64,000 bases of DNA from Anthoceros angustus. Lineage: Eukaryota; Plantae; Anthocerotophyta. The stretch is taken from contig MU008164.1 of assembly GCA_010909165.1 (NCBI GenBank), positions 1,736,001 to 1,800,000 on the forward strand, given 5' to 3'. How positions within the stretch are numbered: the first letter of the stretch is position 1; every line of letters begins with the position of its first letter. Made by a program: the position numbers and the translations under genes. The notes beneath the pieces were generated by a model. It saw only the letters and a program-made list of their open reading frames with translations, was not told where the DNA came from and ran no database searches. Positions 60,818 to 64,000 of this stretch are shown here, piece by piece.

Positions 60818-63800
60818 GTAAAAGTCGGCGGCCTCTCTGGGGCCTCGGCCGACTAGTTTTTTTTGGTAGTGGTAAATTTTAGAGAGAAGAATTGACCTTT
60901 TGGTTATTATTTTACCCGGTAAAATTCATTACAAGATAGTAGAAAATCATCTACCATCAAGGTACAAAACAATGAACCATACAAGTGGGTAAAATCATCT
61001 ACCATCAAGGTAGAAAATAGAGCACTAGAGTAAAAACATGACGACCAAGTGAATACCATGGGTCTAGAAGCTCATTCTAGAAATCCCACCAAAATCGCTA
61101 ATCGACAAAAACATTTTCATTAAATAATATTCATGCGGATCCGGGATATACAAAACCAACAAAGAAACCTTTTCTTTGCGAGTTTCTGTATATCCGAATG
61201 GCATGAAATACAAATTCAACTAATGAAGAGTAAATACCGAATAGATTGAACTACGCTAGATTGAACTCTACTTCAACAACAATGGAACCTACAAACAAAA
61301 GCAAGCACACAAACCGTGATTAGGTGATACTAGAAAACCGAAATAATCATAGCAAATACTTAGGAAATGATACTCACCTTATTTAGGAAATTGACTGTAC
61401 AATTATACTGATTGAAAACGTAATTTTCCGACCACTTGGCTTGATTGGCAGTTGTACAGCATCATTCTTGGCAACCAATTGATGAATGAGGACTTGGGAA
61501 ATTGTCCGCTTCACGCAAGGTGACAACCTAATAAAATACAACCATTGATTTTCAATGTACGATTAATAAAGAGCATAAGAAAACTTACCAATCTCGACGG
61601 ATTTTCGCGATAGCGATGCAAAATATCTCGACACATTCTTACGCTCTGTTCTCTTTTCCACTGCGGTCTTGAACCTCTTGCTCCATCTGCTTGATTTCTC
61701 TTGATGCTTAATGTGCTCTTGTCTCCTCTCCACATTTCTCCGCTCTGGATCTCAAGGGCTTTCTCTCTTTGCTTAGAGACTCGTAATTCAAGCGCTTTAC
61801 GCCTCTCTCTCTAAGAGCCTCCAAATCCTTTTGCTGAAACTCCAATTCTTTTATCATACTCCAATTCCGTACTCATCTCGGCGCTCAAAGCCACTTCCAT
61901 TTCCATTTGCGATCCAGTGCAACAATATCGAGGTGCTACCACACATTTACATCTGGTTAACCGGATGATGATCACACTCACTATGCACAATGCCCTCCAA
62001 CAGAGGGACCATCCACTTCCCTCGGTATCAATGTTGAAATGAGGGATGAAGGTCTTCCACTAGTCGCAGGATTCACAACCGCCAAGATAAACATAATCGA
62101 AACTCCAAAAGAAGTGAAAACAAACAAAGCGGACAAGAATCAACCTTGTCAACATATGGAATTTCACTAGAACACCCAGTTGTTGGTCTTGTTATCCATC
62201 CGAATGCCTTGGCCACGCTTTCGGAGGTATGTTTGCAACCAAAACATACGATCTCCCACCCGTAACAAGAGACCGGTATGATTAAAACAGATCCAACATG
62301 GCGCAGCAAGGAACTACCAACAGAACTTGGGACACGGTGGAACAAATGGTGCGGAAAACTCGATTCGGTCTTGACATTGTTCAAAGGTGCCTTTCATGAT
62401 GAACAACGGGAGTTACGAGACCTAACACACAAAAACAAGTCAAGACACATTAGTCAAAAAAAAGTCCCTACAAACTTGCAACAAATCTCAAACACTTACA
62501 TTGTTAACTGTTGCACTCGCAAGTGCGATCTTGGTGACTAGAAAATACAATTTCGAGTCACATTGAGGGCAGTTGACGGAAGAACACCCTTAAATCATCC
62601 GATTGATTCTTCGTTCAAAAGCTCGATAGGATCGCCGTTCACCGAACAAGGACTCTTCTGCGGTACTGTTTTGCTTGACGCCGGTCATCTCGCAAACCAT
62701 ATAAAACATCGTGAAGGAACATACAAAGGACTCAAATGTCACAAGCTTTCAAAACATATTACCTTGAGAATCCAGCATCTTTTATGGCGGTCCACTTCTC
62801 CCGGCCGAAGGCACGAGCCATCGTCAAACGTGTAATCATTGTTACACGGCAGCTCTTATTGGTGTAATAGCCAACAAGCCCGGTTGCTTGACCATGGTCT
62901 TCATGAACCTTGACAACATTCCTTTTGAAACACGGAGTTTTGCATACCAAGCCTAGCCAAAAACAAGCAGTTAGTAAATACAAACCACAAAACTTAAGCC
63001 CAATAACAACAAAACTTAAGCCCAATAACAACAAAACTTACATTTGATCTTGGGTTATCAATTGTTGAATTGAACAAAACCACGAATTGACATGATTTTT
63101 GTCGATGAGACCACTTGGGAGAGTGTTCAATGACTCTAAAAGTTTCGATAACATCCCGCGTAAATCTTGACCTTTTGGAAATGCTCACTGGTAATTCTTC
63201 ATGTCCACTTTATAATTTTTAGCCGTTCTTGATACGCAAATAAAAGCGAGCTTAATACGATTACATCAAAACAAACAAAACATACCGACGTCAAAGATAC
63301 AATGAACAAAACAACCAAAACATCTTGAACAAAAGGTCCTCCGAATCTGCGAGAAGTCCCGAGCGGGTTATGTAACTCTTCACCACCTCGAACTCCAAAC
63401 TGGTCATGCAAAATATGCACACCGCAAACAATAGAGACCTCCGTGTTTAAAACCATAAATGAACAATCAAAGTGCACCCCTAAACCAACAATATTACCTT
63501 TTTGAGCCCCCGCCCAAATGAGCATTGATGATCTCGTGTGAAAGAATCAGTCGCTCATCGCCAAATCAACTTCACCTCTTTTCGACATGACACAATTCCA
63601 AGATCCTTGCGATTTTCATGGACGCAACCACAGGACCCATGGAAAATTCCATGGAACATGTTGATCAGGAACATCGAGAACCAAGCCGGCTTTGGTTCAA
63701 GATGCACTTCCTTGTTAAAATTCGGTTAAAACCACGAAGAAAGACATCAACGCAAGAGAGAAAAATCAGTCATGTGAATGAAAGTCGAACTATCAAAATC

Positions 63801-64000
63801 AACAAGTCAAAAACATCACTACGTTTACGGAGAAAATCTCCTGTTGTCCTTGATTCGAACTTGATGGAAAAAGGGTATCGAATAAGATTTAGATCCTTGT
63901 AAGGAATATCCTCACAGAGTATCCCATCCCCGACCCCACTCACTTTCATAAAGGCCACAGACGACTTGACACGATTATTACTTTGGACCTATCCTCCCCA
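60818..64000 (-). mobile_element. Crypton-like tyrosine recombinase transposon, copy 3 (runs off the window)
   Basis: Same 3' terminus as the other copies; GLVGYYTNKSCRVTMITRLTMA and FGVRGGEELHN. The empty site is at 11441-11455. Confidence 0.88.

Overview
Plant nuclear DNA, probably from a hornwort or another seed-free land plant (inferred from a GRP-type DYW:KP PPR gene). The window is repeat-rich and pseudogene-rich, and no intact host gene was found. It holds at least seven remnants of an unusual F-box family (Cys-rich N-terminus, long D/E tract), PLS-class PPR fragments including one PPR-E-DYW:KP(GRP) gene, germin and ADH fragments, and three Ty3/gypsy-type LTR elements. There are also two segmental duplications (about 0.8-3.35 kb vs 17.0-19.3 kb; 5.2-11.45 kb vs 32.9-60.8 kb, the latter expanded by nested insertions). 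The main finding is three copies of an intron-containing tyrosine-recombinase DNA element of the Crypton/DUF3504 type, each in a different target. One copy (46458-56390, about 9.9 kb) appears full length, has its empty site present in the window, and carries extra unidentified spliced genes. Frequent 1-2 bp indels, especially beyond 34 kb, suggest decay and/or unpolished long-read errors, so reading frames were reconstructed by eye and coordinates are approximate.
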